Assembly (NCBI RefSeq): GCF_006345805.1
Contig: NC_043004.1
Span: 18,724,001-18,788,000 of the forward strand
Direction of reading: 5' to 3'
Source: Octopus sinensis
Taxonomy: Eukaryota
Length of the DNA stretch: 64,000 nucleotides
Every line of letters begins with the position of its first letter. The stretch's first letter is position 1. The notes under the pieces were generated by a model that did not search any database, was not told the origin of the DNA, and was given only the letters and a program-made list of their open reading frames with translations. Shown here in pieces: positions 1-12,808 of this stretch. The position numbers and the translations under genes were made by a program.

Positions 1-600
1 GAATTCAAGAAAAATAAGGTCCAGATTCTTCTCTCCCATTATGCCAAACCCATGGCTTCTAAATACGTGGTCCACAAGAACACAGCCATTTCAGACAACG
101 CCAAGTTCAATATTCTTATAGCAGACTTGGTGAGGGTGATGAAGAATGTGTCTTGCATGTACGATCCTATGAAATTAGAAAGAGACACACAACATTTCAT
201 CCACCTCCTGCAGTTCTCTCGCTACAACGAAAGCCATAGGATTAGAGTGTACAAAAGAGCCAGGACAAAGTCTTTATAGAGAGTGGTGCAAAAGAGATCT
301 GCCTGCTATACAGGAATAAATGCTCATCTACGGAGCAAGTCCCCATGTACGGAGAACAATTGTATTGTATGTAGGATGAACCCACAGGTTAACTGTAAGA
401 TTAGGAATCTTGTGTATAGCTCACAATGTACTGAAGGACGGTACAGCACGCAGCATAGGAGAGCTTATAAGTGAACACTGGGGAGAGCTGAAAGAAGAGA
501 AAGGCTCGTCAGTGCTCAACCAACATCCTCAAGCAGAACATAGAGGCTCAGTCAGTAGTATAGAATTCAAAGTATTATCATGATGAAATGCTACAGCTGA
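1..600 (+). mobile_element. Penelope-like element (PLE) remnant, RT C-terminus and GIY-YIG region
   Basis: Translation KPMASKYVVHKNTAISDNAKFNILIADLVRVMKNVS...QHFIHLLQFSRY, then CIVCRMNPQVNCKIRNLVYSSQC, resembles the PLE thumb/linker and GIY-YIG region; stops and frameshifts present. Confidence 0.75.
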
Positions 601-1998
601 AACACATTGTTTATTTTCTCAGTCAGTGCTGATCTAGGAATAAACAACCAATTATAAAACTAATCAATTATAGAAACCGATTAATTAGTCCAAAACATCG
701 GTAATTATTCACATATTCAACAGATAATCAGAAGAGGAAAATTACGTGCATAGTTAATTCTAAAAGTGAAATTCTTATAATTTGTTTACATTACATTCAG
801 GGTTAATTTAAAGATAGTATTGATGAAAAGTTTTGACATTCTTATTGCAATTTGCCCTCCTGAAAGGCACATCTATAGGCTGATTATATTTCGGGAAGTT
901 TTTGTGCAATGTTACGTGTAAGTACCAAGAAGTAAGTGTTGACTAGTAAGTTGGATTATATTACTTTTAAAAACAGCATTGCGAGATACTGATTATGAGA
1001 CAACATTAATAGTGTTGTATACTATGAACTAATCTGAGGTAAGCTGAAAGTGGAACGTGATTTTAAGTTTTGTTTATATCCATTTTTCTTTTTTAATCTT
1101 CAAAGATGAATAAAAGTGAAATAATTTCTTATGGGGAGAAGTTTGTTTCACATTTCTCAAATCTCGTTCCATACAAGGGTACGTTGTTACATGCTCAAAA
1201 CGTTCACGTTTAACAGTTGAAAGTTTCTGGGTTCGCAGTCTTCTATACAATTTCTTTCCTGGCATTCTCAGTAGTTGTGTAACTGAAAATCGAAACGAAT
1301 TCAAGCATTCATATTTCAATAGTAAATATCTTTTTCTCCTTTTCAGCATATAATGCACATGATTCGCATCTCTAGCATGACATTAAAATTTATTTTTGCT
1401 CTTCAGAAATGAATTTTAATCATTGTTATATTTTCCCCCGAAATGGATTGAACTTTACTAAATTTTGCTATGGCTAAAGCATTCCGACATCTAATTTGTT
1501 TCTTTGACCTCACACTAACGATTAACTATATAATGCTTGAATTTCATTTCAATAATAATACCGAACATAAATATTTACTATCTATAGGATAATATAACTA
1601 CTTTTAATCCAAGCGTGAATATTAACCATGCATAGGAATGATATATACTACATTGCATTATGTAATATTTAAATATATGCTTAATAATAGTAATTGAGCA
1701 TTGACATTCACTAATTAACCAAATAATATGATACATTTCAATTTTAATGCAAATTTTAGGAAGTTATAAATTAGAATTTAAGTATAATTAGTATAGTTTA
1801 ATATAACTGTACTTACAAACCTAACATAAGTTAAGTATAACATAATATAATCATAGATAACATACACTATGTTATGTTAGAATATACAATGGTGATGGTA
1901 ATAATAAAATTGAGTACTGATCTCTATTAATTAATCGTATAAAACTATACACTTAAAAATAATATAAATCTAACAATGACGTCAATTTTGATGACGTA

Positions 1999-3273
1999 CA
2001 AGGGGTGTCTGAAAAGTCTTGAGCCTCAAAAATACAAAACAAGACTTCTGATGATTTATTTTTCAACATAGTCCCCTTTGATGGCTGAACACTTTCTCCA
2101 GCGGTGCTGTAGTGCCATTATCCTGGCGTAGCGGAAATCTTTTGTTTGAGACTCCAAGAAACTTCCTACAGTATCTATGACGTCATTGTCTGTGGCAAAA
2201 TGGCAACCAGCCAGGGCATTTTTCATTTTGGGGAATAGATGAAAGTCAGAGGGGGCTAAGTCTAGCGAATAAGGCAGATGGGGAACAAGTTCGTATCCAC
2301 AATCACGAATTGTTGCCATGGCAACCACTGAGGTGTGGGCTGGACATTGTCGTGATGAAAAAGGACTCCTCTGGTGAGCATTCCTGGCCTTTTTTCTCTG
2401 ATTGCTTCCTGGAGGCACTACAGTAGCTGAGAATAATACAGCCCTGTCACAGTGTGAGCCTTTTCAAGGTAATCGATCAGCAAGACACCTTGAGAATCCA
2501 AAAAAACTGACGCCATGACCTTGCAAGCTGAAGGAATGACACTGACCTTCTTTGAGATTAGGAGAAGATGTGTGCTTCCACTGCTTTCATTGTTCTTTGG
2601 TTTCAGGCTGGTAGTGATGAACCCAACTTTCGTCCATAGTAATAAAACGAGCAAGAAAATTCTCTTCATCGTCTTCATACAGTTTCAGACAATGTGCATC
2701 TGGTGCGTTTCTGATTAGGAGTCAAAAGGCGAGGGACCCACTTTTCAGAAACCTTTGAGAACCCAAGTTTTTTTGTCATAATGTTGTCTGCTCTTTCGTT
2801 TCAGATGCCCAGTCTCTCAGCTATCTGGCGACATGATATTCGATGTTCTTGCATTATCATACCAAGAGCAAAGTCAATGTTGTCCTCGGTGGTTGCAGTT
2901 AGAGGCCTCCCTGGTGTGGGATCATCTTCCACACTCTCCCTGCCACGCTGGAATTCATTTACCCAGCGTTTGACTGTTGCATATGAAGGAGCATTGTCTG
3001 TTAAGGTTCACACCATATCTTTATGGATTTTTGAATGGAATCATGCCTTTTAAATGAAGGTACTTTATGACAGCACGATACTCAGTTTTCTCCATTTTCC
3101 TTGTAACCTCGACACTTGTTTATTCAAAAATCTGTAAAAAAAAAATTATAATATCAGAATCATGAAAATGAGCAAGAATACTCAGAAAAGACTGTACTTA
3201 CCAGAAAAAATTGTTTCAGCTATATAGCAGCCCCGTTTCTAGATTAGGCTCAAAACTTTTTATACACCCCTCG
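1999..3273 (-). mobile_element. Full-length, decayed mariner (Tc1/mariner) DNA transposon
   Basis: ~28-bp imperfect TIRs (caaggggtgtctgaaaagtcttgagcct / aggctcaaaactttttatacacccctcg) with flanking TA; transposase from ATG ~3095 (MEKTEYRAVIKYL) to 2056 with KWVPRLL and HLPYSLDLAPSDFHLFPKMK motifs; frameshifted. Confidence 0.95.
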
Positions 3274-3364
3274 TAATACACCAAATAACTTCACGTAATA
3301 ATCATAAATGTATAGAGTAAGCCCAAATATGAATATTAAGTACCCCATCCCAACATATATCTAA

Positions 3365-3465
<101 letters not shown>

Positions 3466-3689
3466 CCTATAATATAATAACTAGTATTAAATATAATCAT
3501 TAATATAATTACTTTAATATAATCTTTCAATAATATACATATACGCTTAAGATCTAATGAAATAATTTTAGAACGAAATATCTATATACACACGCACACA
3601 CATACACACACATGCACACACACACACGCCCACAAAATAAACGTGTGTATGTGTGTGTGTCTTTGTGTAAGTGTACATCCACTAAAATC

Positions 3690-3790
3690 ACTTGACGACC
3701 GGCGTTGGTTTATTGCCTCCCCGTAACATTAATGTTTCGGCAAAGAGTACTTGATTAAAAACATGTATGTATGATTTAAAAACTGTATGT
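3690..3790 (+). mobile_element. SINE family A, partial 3' part
   Basis: Matches the gaccggcgttggt...ccccgtaac...ttcggcaaa segment of the 38590-39010 copy. Confidence 0.7.
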
Positions 3791-4084
3791 ATCCAGAAAA
3801 TAAACAGCACAGTTAGTGAAGGAAACGTAAAGGATAATTTATCTATTAAAAACACTGACAATAAGGAAAAAACAAGTTAAGCAGTTACCAATAATTACAA
3901 TTAAATTCATAGAATAAGCTTGTACTACAAAATACCACTGACAGAGAATATGGTGAAAATTCAGATGCTCATAATACTTATTACAGCTGCAATGAAATTA
4001 ACGAAAGCCAATTAGGGACATATAAAGGAAAAATGATAGCAGTATTAGGAGTGGAGGAATAACGAAACAGTATGTATGTATATA

Positions 4085-4800
4085 TGTATGTAACCCAGTA
4101 CAACCTGTTGCATGGTCGGGTCGTCGGCGTCTAAACCGGTAACCCCACCAAGCTTGCTTGGTGAGGGGGGGGGGTGTTTATTGGACACCCTGCGGGATGA
4201 AAAACAAAATCCGTCAAAGGGCGGAGGAACTCTTGAGAGTGAACGACCACCTAATAAATGTCTTAAGGCTGTATCATGCGCGGGGACATAGAAATAATCG
4301 GACTGAATACCCGATCGCGCAGTTAAACCATTGGGAGTGAAGGACACCTAGCCTTTGTTAGGGCATCCTTCTAGGAGAAGGTAACTAAAGTATCTGGGAT
4401 AACTCTGACATAAAACCTGCGGCTCAGTAGTTACCGACGATGTTGACTTGTTCTTCTTTTCGGATTATGGCTGCTGTTGCTTAGTGAGTGGGATTGACAG
4501 CCTTTCCTCACTTAAAAAAAATCTTCATGCACAGGCATTGCACGATAACAACATTGACTAAGCTTCGTGCAATGGCCATACTCGATAACGAGGGGGCAGC
4601 CACTATGTATGTATGTATGTATGTATGTATGTATGTATGTATGTATGTATGTATGTATGTATGTATGCATGTATGCATGTATATATGTATGTATGTATGT
4701 ATTTATATATGTATATATATATGTATGTAAGTATGTATGTATGTATGTAAGTATGTATGTATGTATGTATGGATGGATGGATGGATGGATGGATGGATAT
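4085..4800 (+). mobile_element. Internally deleted LINE-like element (possibly RTE) with (ATGT)n tail
   Basis: GC-richer block ending gggcagccact followed by a long (ATGT)n tail; family assignment from general resemblance only. Confidence 0.4.
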
Positions 4801-5004
4801 CCTAAATTATTTGCTTTGGTGAAATGAAAAGGTCATAAATATCTGATTGTTTTTTTGTTCTGTTCTGATCGAATGTAAATTTTATAGTTTTATTTAAAAG
4901 TGTCTTCTTATCGGTGTAGTATATTATATTTCATTCATTTATTTTTTTTATTCCTTATTCTTTATCCTTCTATATTTTATTTTATTGCATATATGAGAAG
5001 ATTT

Positions 5005-5450
5005 TTTTTATTATCTTGCGCGCGTAAGGGAAAGCAGGGTATTGTAATCACTCGTCTTTGTGTGCTTGCAAAATTTCTGAACAACGGCTGAACGGATTTT
5101 CACCACATTTGGCAGAAATACTCATTGATGAACATTTGGTCTGATCATCTTAAAAAAAAAGGACTCGAACTTTAAAATTTCCCAATAAAAAAGTCGTCAT
5201 ATTATTTTGTTCACTTTCTTTTTCATATGAATCGATTCTCATTTGCCTGTTTCATTTATTTACGAGCTGATTTCTTAATTTCACCGGAAGATAAATATTT
5301 ATAATGGTGGTAGTTAAAAAAAAAAGTAATAATAATTTAGTTCAATTAAAAAGCATGTGTAAGCAACGCATTGTAAGCCACACTATAATCTGCGAACAAA
5401 TTCATCCGCACGCAGAGTATGCATCGCCCCTCCGATTCTGTATGTATATA
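5005..5450. mobile_element. Non-autonomous Helentron/DINE-1-like repeat
   Basis: Contains gtattgtaatcac...tgtgtg...aacggctgaacggattttcaccacatttggc, a layout typical of DINE/HINE-type elements. Confidence 0.35.
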
Positions 5451-6059
5451 AGTATATGTGTATGTATATGCGTTTTATCGTAATAATTCTGATGCACACT
5501 CTATACAATCTTTTTACTCTTTCGGTTTTCTCTTTTTCTCTCTCTTATTCTTTTACTTTCTCTTCTCCCACTATTTTATCCTATTACACGGTCGCTCTCT
5601 CTCTCTCTCCCACTCTTCTTCCCTTGCTCAAGTGGCTCCCACGTGACCATTCGGCCATCTTTCTTTCTCTCCGTTGTAGCTGGAACAAGGAAGACGTGTT
5701 CTTGTTTGTCTCCTGCCCTAGCTTGATTTACGCGTTCGCCACTACAACCTCGTTTAGGCATAGCAGCCCTTCCTGTTTCTTTTATTGTCCTGTTTCTGTT
5801 ACCTATTTTGACCCTCCGCAAAATCACAAATTTTATTTAATTTGCTTTGCAGGAGCAATTGTTTTATCGAAAGCATATATTGTTAAGTGCTCGAAAAACG
5901 AAACTAGAAATACAGCCAAGGATAGATGAAGGGTCGTTCTTTATGTTGTTTGTTATGTTTTCCATTTGTATCTTTCGTTGTTTGAAGGAATAGTTCATGT
6001 TCCATGTTCTCGTGCTTCGTACTTTTTATTGTACTTGTTTCGTGACGTCCTGTGCCCAC

Positions 6060-6062
6060 ATA

Positions 6063-6138
<76 letters not shown>
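6060..6138. repeat. (AT)n microsatellite; AT/AC/GT-rich simple-repeat field continues to ~7300
   Basis: Direct reading. Confidence 0.95.
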
Positions 6139-6139
<1 letters not shown>

Positions 6140-6142
<3 letters not shown>

Positions 6143-6350
6143 ATCCAAACATGAAAACACAAAGAGAAAACACAGCAACGCGAGGACGTGGAACAAGTAT
6201 AGTATTATTGGACGCTCAGGAAAGAGGGAAAGAAGGAGGGTTTAACGTTTCGAGCGGAGCTCTTCGTCAGAAACATAGGAAAAGGAAAGATCCAAAGAAA
6301 GGAAGACGGAGGAAAAAAAATCGCCAACGGTATGCCCTCATCCTCTTCCA
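6140..6350 (-). mobile_element. Short PLE-type terminal-repeat element carrying a hammerhead ribozyme, embedded in TA repeats
   Basis: Related copies at ~17085-17290 and ~61325-61470; hammerhead core at 6240-6274. Confidence 0.65.
6240..6274 (-). ncRNA. Minimal type I hammerhead ribozyme
   Basis: Minus strand GTTT-CTGACGA-A-GAGC-tcc-GCTC-GAAA-CGTT-AAAC: stem I, core, stem II and palindromic stem III all present. Confidence 0.8.
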
Positions 6351-6368
6351 AGTAAGTTTTATATACAT

Positions 6369-6451
<83 letters not shown>

Positions 6452-6746
6452 TATATATATGTATATATTTGTAAGTGTGCATGTTCATGTGTATATATTT
6501 ATGTATGTATGTGTGTATATGAATATATTTATATGGATATGTATATGCATGTACACGCACACACGTACATATATATGTATGTGTGTATGTACCTATACAC
6601 GTGTCTGTATGGATGAACTGATATACCTATGCGATCATGTAGTTGTCCCTCTCCGTGTATGTTCAAGTGTGTTATGCGTCCCCACGGAGTATATATACGT
6701 ATATGTATCTATGTATATGTGCATATTTATGTGGATATGTACTCAT

Positions 6747-6825
<79 letters not shown>

Positions 6826-7309
6826 AAACATATACATTTGTGTATAGGTCTGTGTGTATGGGTCTAAGTGTTTGTGTACGTATACCTATGGCTGTATGCA
6901 AGTATGTATGTACGTGTGTGTATATATGTAAAGTATATGTGTTTCTGTGTGTGTATGTATGTGTTGGTGGTTATTTGTATACGTGCATGTACTTGGATAT
7001 ATGAGTGGGTATATGTATATGTAGGTACAGGTGTGTAAGGATAGAGATACATGTGTTTCACCTGTACTTACATTTTTTTTCATTTTAATCTTACCTGTAT
7101 AATTGTATATATTTTAGAATTACCCTGTCCAATCTTTAATTATTTTACCACTAATGTGTGTGTGTGTGTGTGTTGTGTGTGTGTGTGTGTGTCTGTATGT
7201 GTATGTGTGGGTTGGTGTGTTTTCACCCTCTTGAACGTGTGCGTACCTCTGTACATTTCGTGTGTGTGTATCTATATGTACATTTCTGTATGCATGTTCG
7301 TCTTTTACT

Positions 7310-7530
7310 ATTACTATTTCTACATCTCTGCTACTGCTGAAACATTCTAAGGACTCCCCACATCCCTCATCTTTAACATCCTCATCCTATGACTCGAGGC
7401 AATCGTCTAGTTATCTATGTAATAGATCTTTTCACTTTAAGTTGTCGCAGACTAATGTCGTTATGTGGTTAAATACATCGCTTTCCAACGTACGAATCTT
7501 GATAACAATGGCCCTGTCAGTAGTACTGGA
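7310..7530 (-). mobile_element. Degenerate RT fragment, probably PLE
   Basis: ESDVFNHITTLVCDNLK...DLLHR*LDDCLE resembles the YxDD region. Confidence 0.35.
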
Positions 7531-7544
7531 TGACACACCGCCAG

Positions 7545-7645
7545 CTTCGTCTTCTTCTTCTTCTTCTTCTTCTTCTTCTTCTTCTTCTTCTTCTTCTCTT
7601 CTTCTTCTCCTCCTCCTCCTCCTCCTCCTCCTCCTCCTCCACCTC
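7545..7645. repeat. (CTT)n(CCT)n trinucleotide repeat
   Basis: Direct reading; explains the poly-S/L/E/K/G ORFs. Confidence 0.98.
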
Positions 7646-8042
7646 CTACTTTTTCTGGTTCCACTCTTTCGCCTTGTATTCTTTTTTCTCCCCTCCTTAC
7701 CTTTCTCCCTCCTATCATTATACCCCATCCCCTCGATTCCCTTACCCCACATAATTTCATCCACTCAGCCCCATTCCACACACATGCTTTTAATTTTTAT
7801 CCTTTTTTTCTCTCCCGATTCTTTCATTACAACAACGTCTGTTTAGACGGACAATGTAACAGCATGTCTTTGAGGCCAGTCTGAGGAAGTGCCCCTCCAA
7901 TACATAAAACCGGATATATTAATTAATTTTTTTTTAGAATTTTCGCGTAATCTGGCGTTGCAAAAGGAGATGGTACGGAAATATGTGCAACTTATGATTA
8001 AAGCTGTGTTAAAGAATTTTGTTGTCTTCTTCTTTTCATTGT

Positions 8043-8080
<38 letters not shown>

Positions 8081-8193
8081 CATATACACACATACACACA
8101 TATATGTATAGTTCCATTAATAAACTAACTGAAGTGAAATTAATATTTGACCAAATTTAGAAAGTGATATGGCTTTTCATTAATGTAGTTGTT

Positions 8194-9610
8194 TTTATTT
8201 TAAAGCACCAGCTCAGATCAAGAGACTTGCCAATCTAATAATAAACTGTATTTGAATAGAAATGCACGAAATAGAAAATCGAATATTACCTGGCATAACG
8301 TTTCATTTGACCTGTCAACATGAAACTTTTACGTTCGCTCATTAAGTTACTTATTTTCCACTTCATCAGAAGTTCTACCAAATATTCAATAGATCTACCA
8401 TTAAACTTTTGAAGTTCTCCACTTGTAGGTTATGGGGAAGATTCTTGTTGGTAGTTAAGCCATAGAGACCATTATTCTTTTGGTCTTACGACTGATTCTT
8501 CATCTTTCATAATCACCATCTCATACTCAAAATATGAGAATTCGTCGTGAACAGCAACAACTGAAGATACTGTTGCTTGGTAAGCGTTGGTACCTCCATG
8601 AGAGAGACGTGTAGGTATTGTTTCTCCATATTGATGCTGTCGTGATTACCTATCGCTAGAATTCACTAGGTTGGAATTATTTTTGTAATTAACACTGAGC
8701 TAAGATGTCCGGCACGAGTCCATTGAGTTTAGGTTACGGTAAACTCCTTCATTAAACTTTAATCAGCATATCGAAGGATAGGGTAAATTTCTAAGTCAAA
8801 GCCACATTAGATAATAGAAAACGCAGAAAGCATTGATATTCTTATGCGTTGGTATGCCCGTGTTACAACGAGCCGATTGCAGATGTCCATTTTTTTGGTA
8901 TTTATGCAAAGAATACAATATTTTAGTTGTGGTGTACTCTTTTATACATATTTTCATGAAAAATGTACAAAAATGAAGTGATGTAACAACAAACAATAAA
9001 ACAAATATGAATATCAGCCAGAGAGGATAGAGAGGGGAAAAGAGAGAAATACTGAGATGATGTTAAGAGAAAAGAGAGAAAAAAGAGAAAAGAAGGAAGT
9101 AAAGAACACTAAAGTGCGTGTATGTATTGTGTGTGTGAGTGTGTTTTGTGGCGTGTGTTTGTGTGTCTATGTGATATATATATATATATATATATCACAT
9201 AGATATATATATCTCTATGTGAGAAATGAAATTGGGATAATGGCAAAGCGGATGATAAAAGTTGGGTCGTAAATTTACCTTCCAAATCAATTTAAGATTC
9301 GGAAAAATGGTTTTAGATGTAGAACACTTATCGGCAAAGGGAGAAGTAATTACAACGCGTATGTACATAACAATAGAAATAAAAATTTATTCGTATAATG
9401 ATTAGTTTTAATGAATTAAATTCCTAATGAATTAAATTCCTAATGAATAAATTGCCTTAATTCTAGATATACTGGTAATTAATATTTATCACTTGAGTAT
9501 AATCAGTTGAAATGTACAATCTGCATCCTATATAGAGGATGACAGCCACATACAGAGGGCAAAACCGTTTTCGTACATCAGTGGGAGTTATATAACTATT
9601 ACGCCATCAC
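8194..9610 (-). pseudogene. Putative decayed paralogue (A-type) of the peptide gene
   Basis: 55-nt GT..AG segment (8289-8235) preceded by K-R-Y-A codons; AATAAA at 8194-8199; TATA/exon-1-like block near 9560-9610; no intact signal-peptide exon found. Confidence 0.35.
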
Positions 9611-10699
9611 TTGTTAACAGAATAACTATAAACATTACCATTATTGCAAATCTGTTTTAATTAAAGAATGTTTGCCATGATGGATCTTGTATAGAAAAAT
9701 ATATATACACACTTTAAAACTATATATTTTCCCGAAATATTCTACATAAAAAGCTTCAATACGAACACAACAGAGAACAAAACAGAGAGGAAAATTTACA
9801 TTATTTTGAAAGACAAATTTTGTAGAGGTGAACGACTGGTTAAAACATCCAGAAAACTGACCATTTGTCAAACTTGAGTTATAAACTTTTGAGTCATACT
9901 CGTGCTCATTTTAAAGTCATAAATGGAGGGATTTTATTATAGACACTTTGAAATGCTGGGAGTAGAAAACTTACTTTTAGTTTTAGGTTCCTTTAATCGG
10001 TGAAGCGCTGAGGATGTAGAAAGATGTGTTCAAAGACTTGCGTTTTATTCTCCTAGTGAAACATCTGCCATCTTACGCATGCATACATGCACGCATACAT
10101 ACACAACAGATATAAAGAAATTCGATTTTTTACGACAAGAAAGAACGATTATTTTATTCTAATGCAAAGCACTTAAATATACTTTTGGAAACAACATTCT
10201 TCGTTATTGAATTACTTATAAAGTGCAGTAACATCTTTAAAGTAAAATTCCGTATGCGTATATTTCAAACATTGGCGTTTCATTGGTTTTCATTTCTTAT
10301 GTGAGATAGTTGCGTCGTGACGCTAAATTCTCACTGCCTTAAGTGGAAGTACGTGGCCTAATGTGTTGAGTGTTGGTCTCACAATCATTAGGTGATTGGT
10401 TCGATTCTCAAACCAGGCAGTTTGCTGATTCCTTGAGAAAGGTACAATATTCAAGCTCCTCCATATGGCGTAAATGAAATGGATGACCGACAAATATGCC
10501 TCTTAATCAGGAGTGAGTGTTGCATTGCTGGTTGTCTAGATGTCTCGATTATCCATATAAGTTTCAGTCTCGTGTGACAGTAGACTCCAGGCAGACTAAT
10601 CTGTTTTGTAACGATTAACAAACATAAACGATTTAATCGTCTGAAGAGAAACATGTGCATTTGACACTCTCTTATACGCGCCTATACTCATTTATATCA

Positions 10700-10962
10700 T
10701 GCTTTATTCCCTTTACTTGTTTCGGCAATGGGACTGGAGCCATGTAGGGATACTACGTTCAAAACATTAATCGATCATATACAGACCAGTACTTATTTTC
10801 TATCTGGTGCATTGTTTTATCGCTCTCTTTTCTCTAGTCCGCTAAGTTACGGAAACATAAACAATGCAACACTGGTCGCCAAGCGGTGAGAGATAAACAC
10901 AAACATAAATAGATAGACAGACAAGTAAATATATAGATAGATAGATAGCCATGTAGCTAGCT

Positions 10963-11008
<46 letters not shown>

Positions 11009-11035
11009 AGAGATAGATAGATAGATAGATAGATT

Positions 11036-11083
<48 letters not shown>

Positions 11084-11230
11084 TACAACAGGATTTAGTG
11101 CAGTTTCTGTTTACCACGTAATCTCTGAAGGTATTAGTCGTGCGTAGGGCATAGAGAGAGACGTTTGCTCAAGATGCTGTGGTATGGAACTTGAACCCGA
11201 AACCATGTGGTTGCCAAGCGTACTTCTTAA
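10700..11230 (-). mobile_element. SINE family A with internal (GA)n/(GATA)n
   Basis: Head (ggttccgggttcaagttccataccacagcatcttgagcaaacgtc) and body similar to the 38590-39010 copy. Confidence 0.85.
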
Positions 11231-12808
11231 CAACATAGGTATGCTTGTGTGCATGTGTCTTTTAATGAGAGCCTGATTATTATATTATATTACATTATAT
11301 TATATTATGTTATATGTTATATTATATTATGTAACATATGTGTCTTTGTTTTGAAACTATATTAGTACGAATTACAAACTTGCATCGTTTGCTATTTTTG
11401 CCAGCATGTTTTACAAACTTTGAGAAACAGTATTTTTAATTCAACAGAAGGATTTCACTGATATTGTATTTGAAGTCAGCTTTCATTATCTTCATAAATT
11501 CTTCTTTCTTACGAGTATAAGGAATAATTTACAGAACTTTGTAGAAAAATGTTATGGCTTGTAATATTTGATAGCTAATATCAGAAAAAAATGTAATTAA
11601 TAAGACTCAAGGGAGATAATTATCATTTATAGAGTTCTCTCCCCTGGACAACTTGGTGTATTTCGCCTACAACTTCCTTTCACTAAACAAAGTTTACATT
11701 TGCTTTTCTTAAATTAGATTGGCTAGGAAAATATTAGAGTTTACAAAGAAAATGCTGCGCAGTCGACCAAATCAACTGAGTCATAAATAAAATTTTAAAG
11801 ATGCTTATTTTACCTCATTGTATTTCTATTTTTTTTGTACCATGTATAATTTTTCTCCTTTTTGACATGATGAAAATAATCGACTGAGAGGGGAGAAATG
11901 AGACGTTGTGCAATTCATGCGTTTATTGTAACACTGTGACATAAGTGAACTGATGTAAGCTAAAATCATACAGTAGACAGCTGACTTTTTACTACGGAAC
12001 TTTTGCTTGAAATTTTCGTCACCATTCTTAAGGTTTTATATTATGAGGGGCAAGCTAATATGATACCATGGAATTCATATAATTTCCAAGAGAATATATT
12101 AAAGATATGGATAACATCAAATATCTGCATTGGAGGGCAGAAGTTGTTTTTAGTGGCCTTTGATATTGTACATAAAAATACTGATTTTCAATTTGTTCCC
12201 CGAAAATTTTGATAAAGAAAATGTTTATTCTTTACTTAAACAAAGAAAAACGTTGTTCTTGTTACGAACGACAAAACAGCGATAGAGTTTAGAGATAATT
12301 ATTATTGGTTTGGTGTGACTGTAGCAGCAGTCAAAGTGGGGTTAACCGGCGCTGGTGTTGCTGTCACCATTCTTTCATTGTTCAGCTTCTGTCAATTTGG
12401 GTCAGCTGTTGTCTGCGTCTCTACACTGTCTGCTTGCCGTCTCGTCTCTATGTAGGATCAGAAAGAGGTGCGCCAAAAGATGAAATCGTTGTTTGAGTCT
12501 ATTCCACGCGAAGTCGCGAATGGTCAGTTTTCTTTCGATCACATGGGTAATATTCTAGTGAATCGTGACATTAGATACAGTGATTTCATTGCTAAATGAC
12601 TTTCCCACTAGATTAAAATCTCTTCACACTGAATTGAACAAATGATGAGAATAGTGCAGGAATTGCGTATGTGAAGTGCATAAAGGATCATGCATTAGAA
12701 AAAGTGTTAATGGAGGACTAAGAATGTTGGTTAAATTGTATTGTACTATCAGAAAATGCTTTCGTGCGCAGTGCAGTGCTACCTTATACACGAAATACTG
12801 TACAAGTG

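Noticed and set aside
1195-1300. FWVRSLLYNFFPGIL resembling the nAChR post-M3 helix (WVR...P spacing)
   Set aside because: No adjacent transmembrane segments or other receptor motifs in frame; probably chance
8432-8533. In-frame ATG GGG (Met-Gly) 34 codons upstream of MRIRREQ, as a G-alpha myristoylation start
   Set aside because: Several stops in both copies, and the intervening sequence is hydrophobic, unlike a G-alpha N-terminal helix
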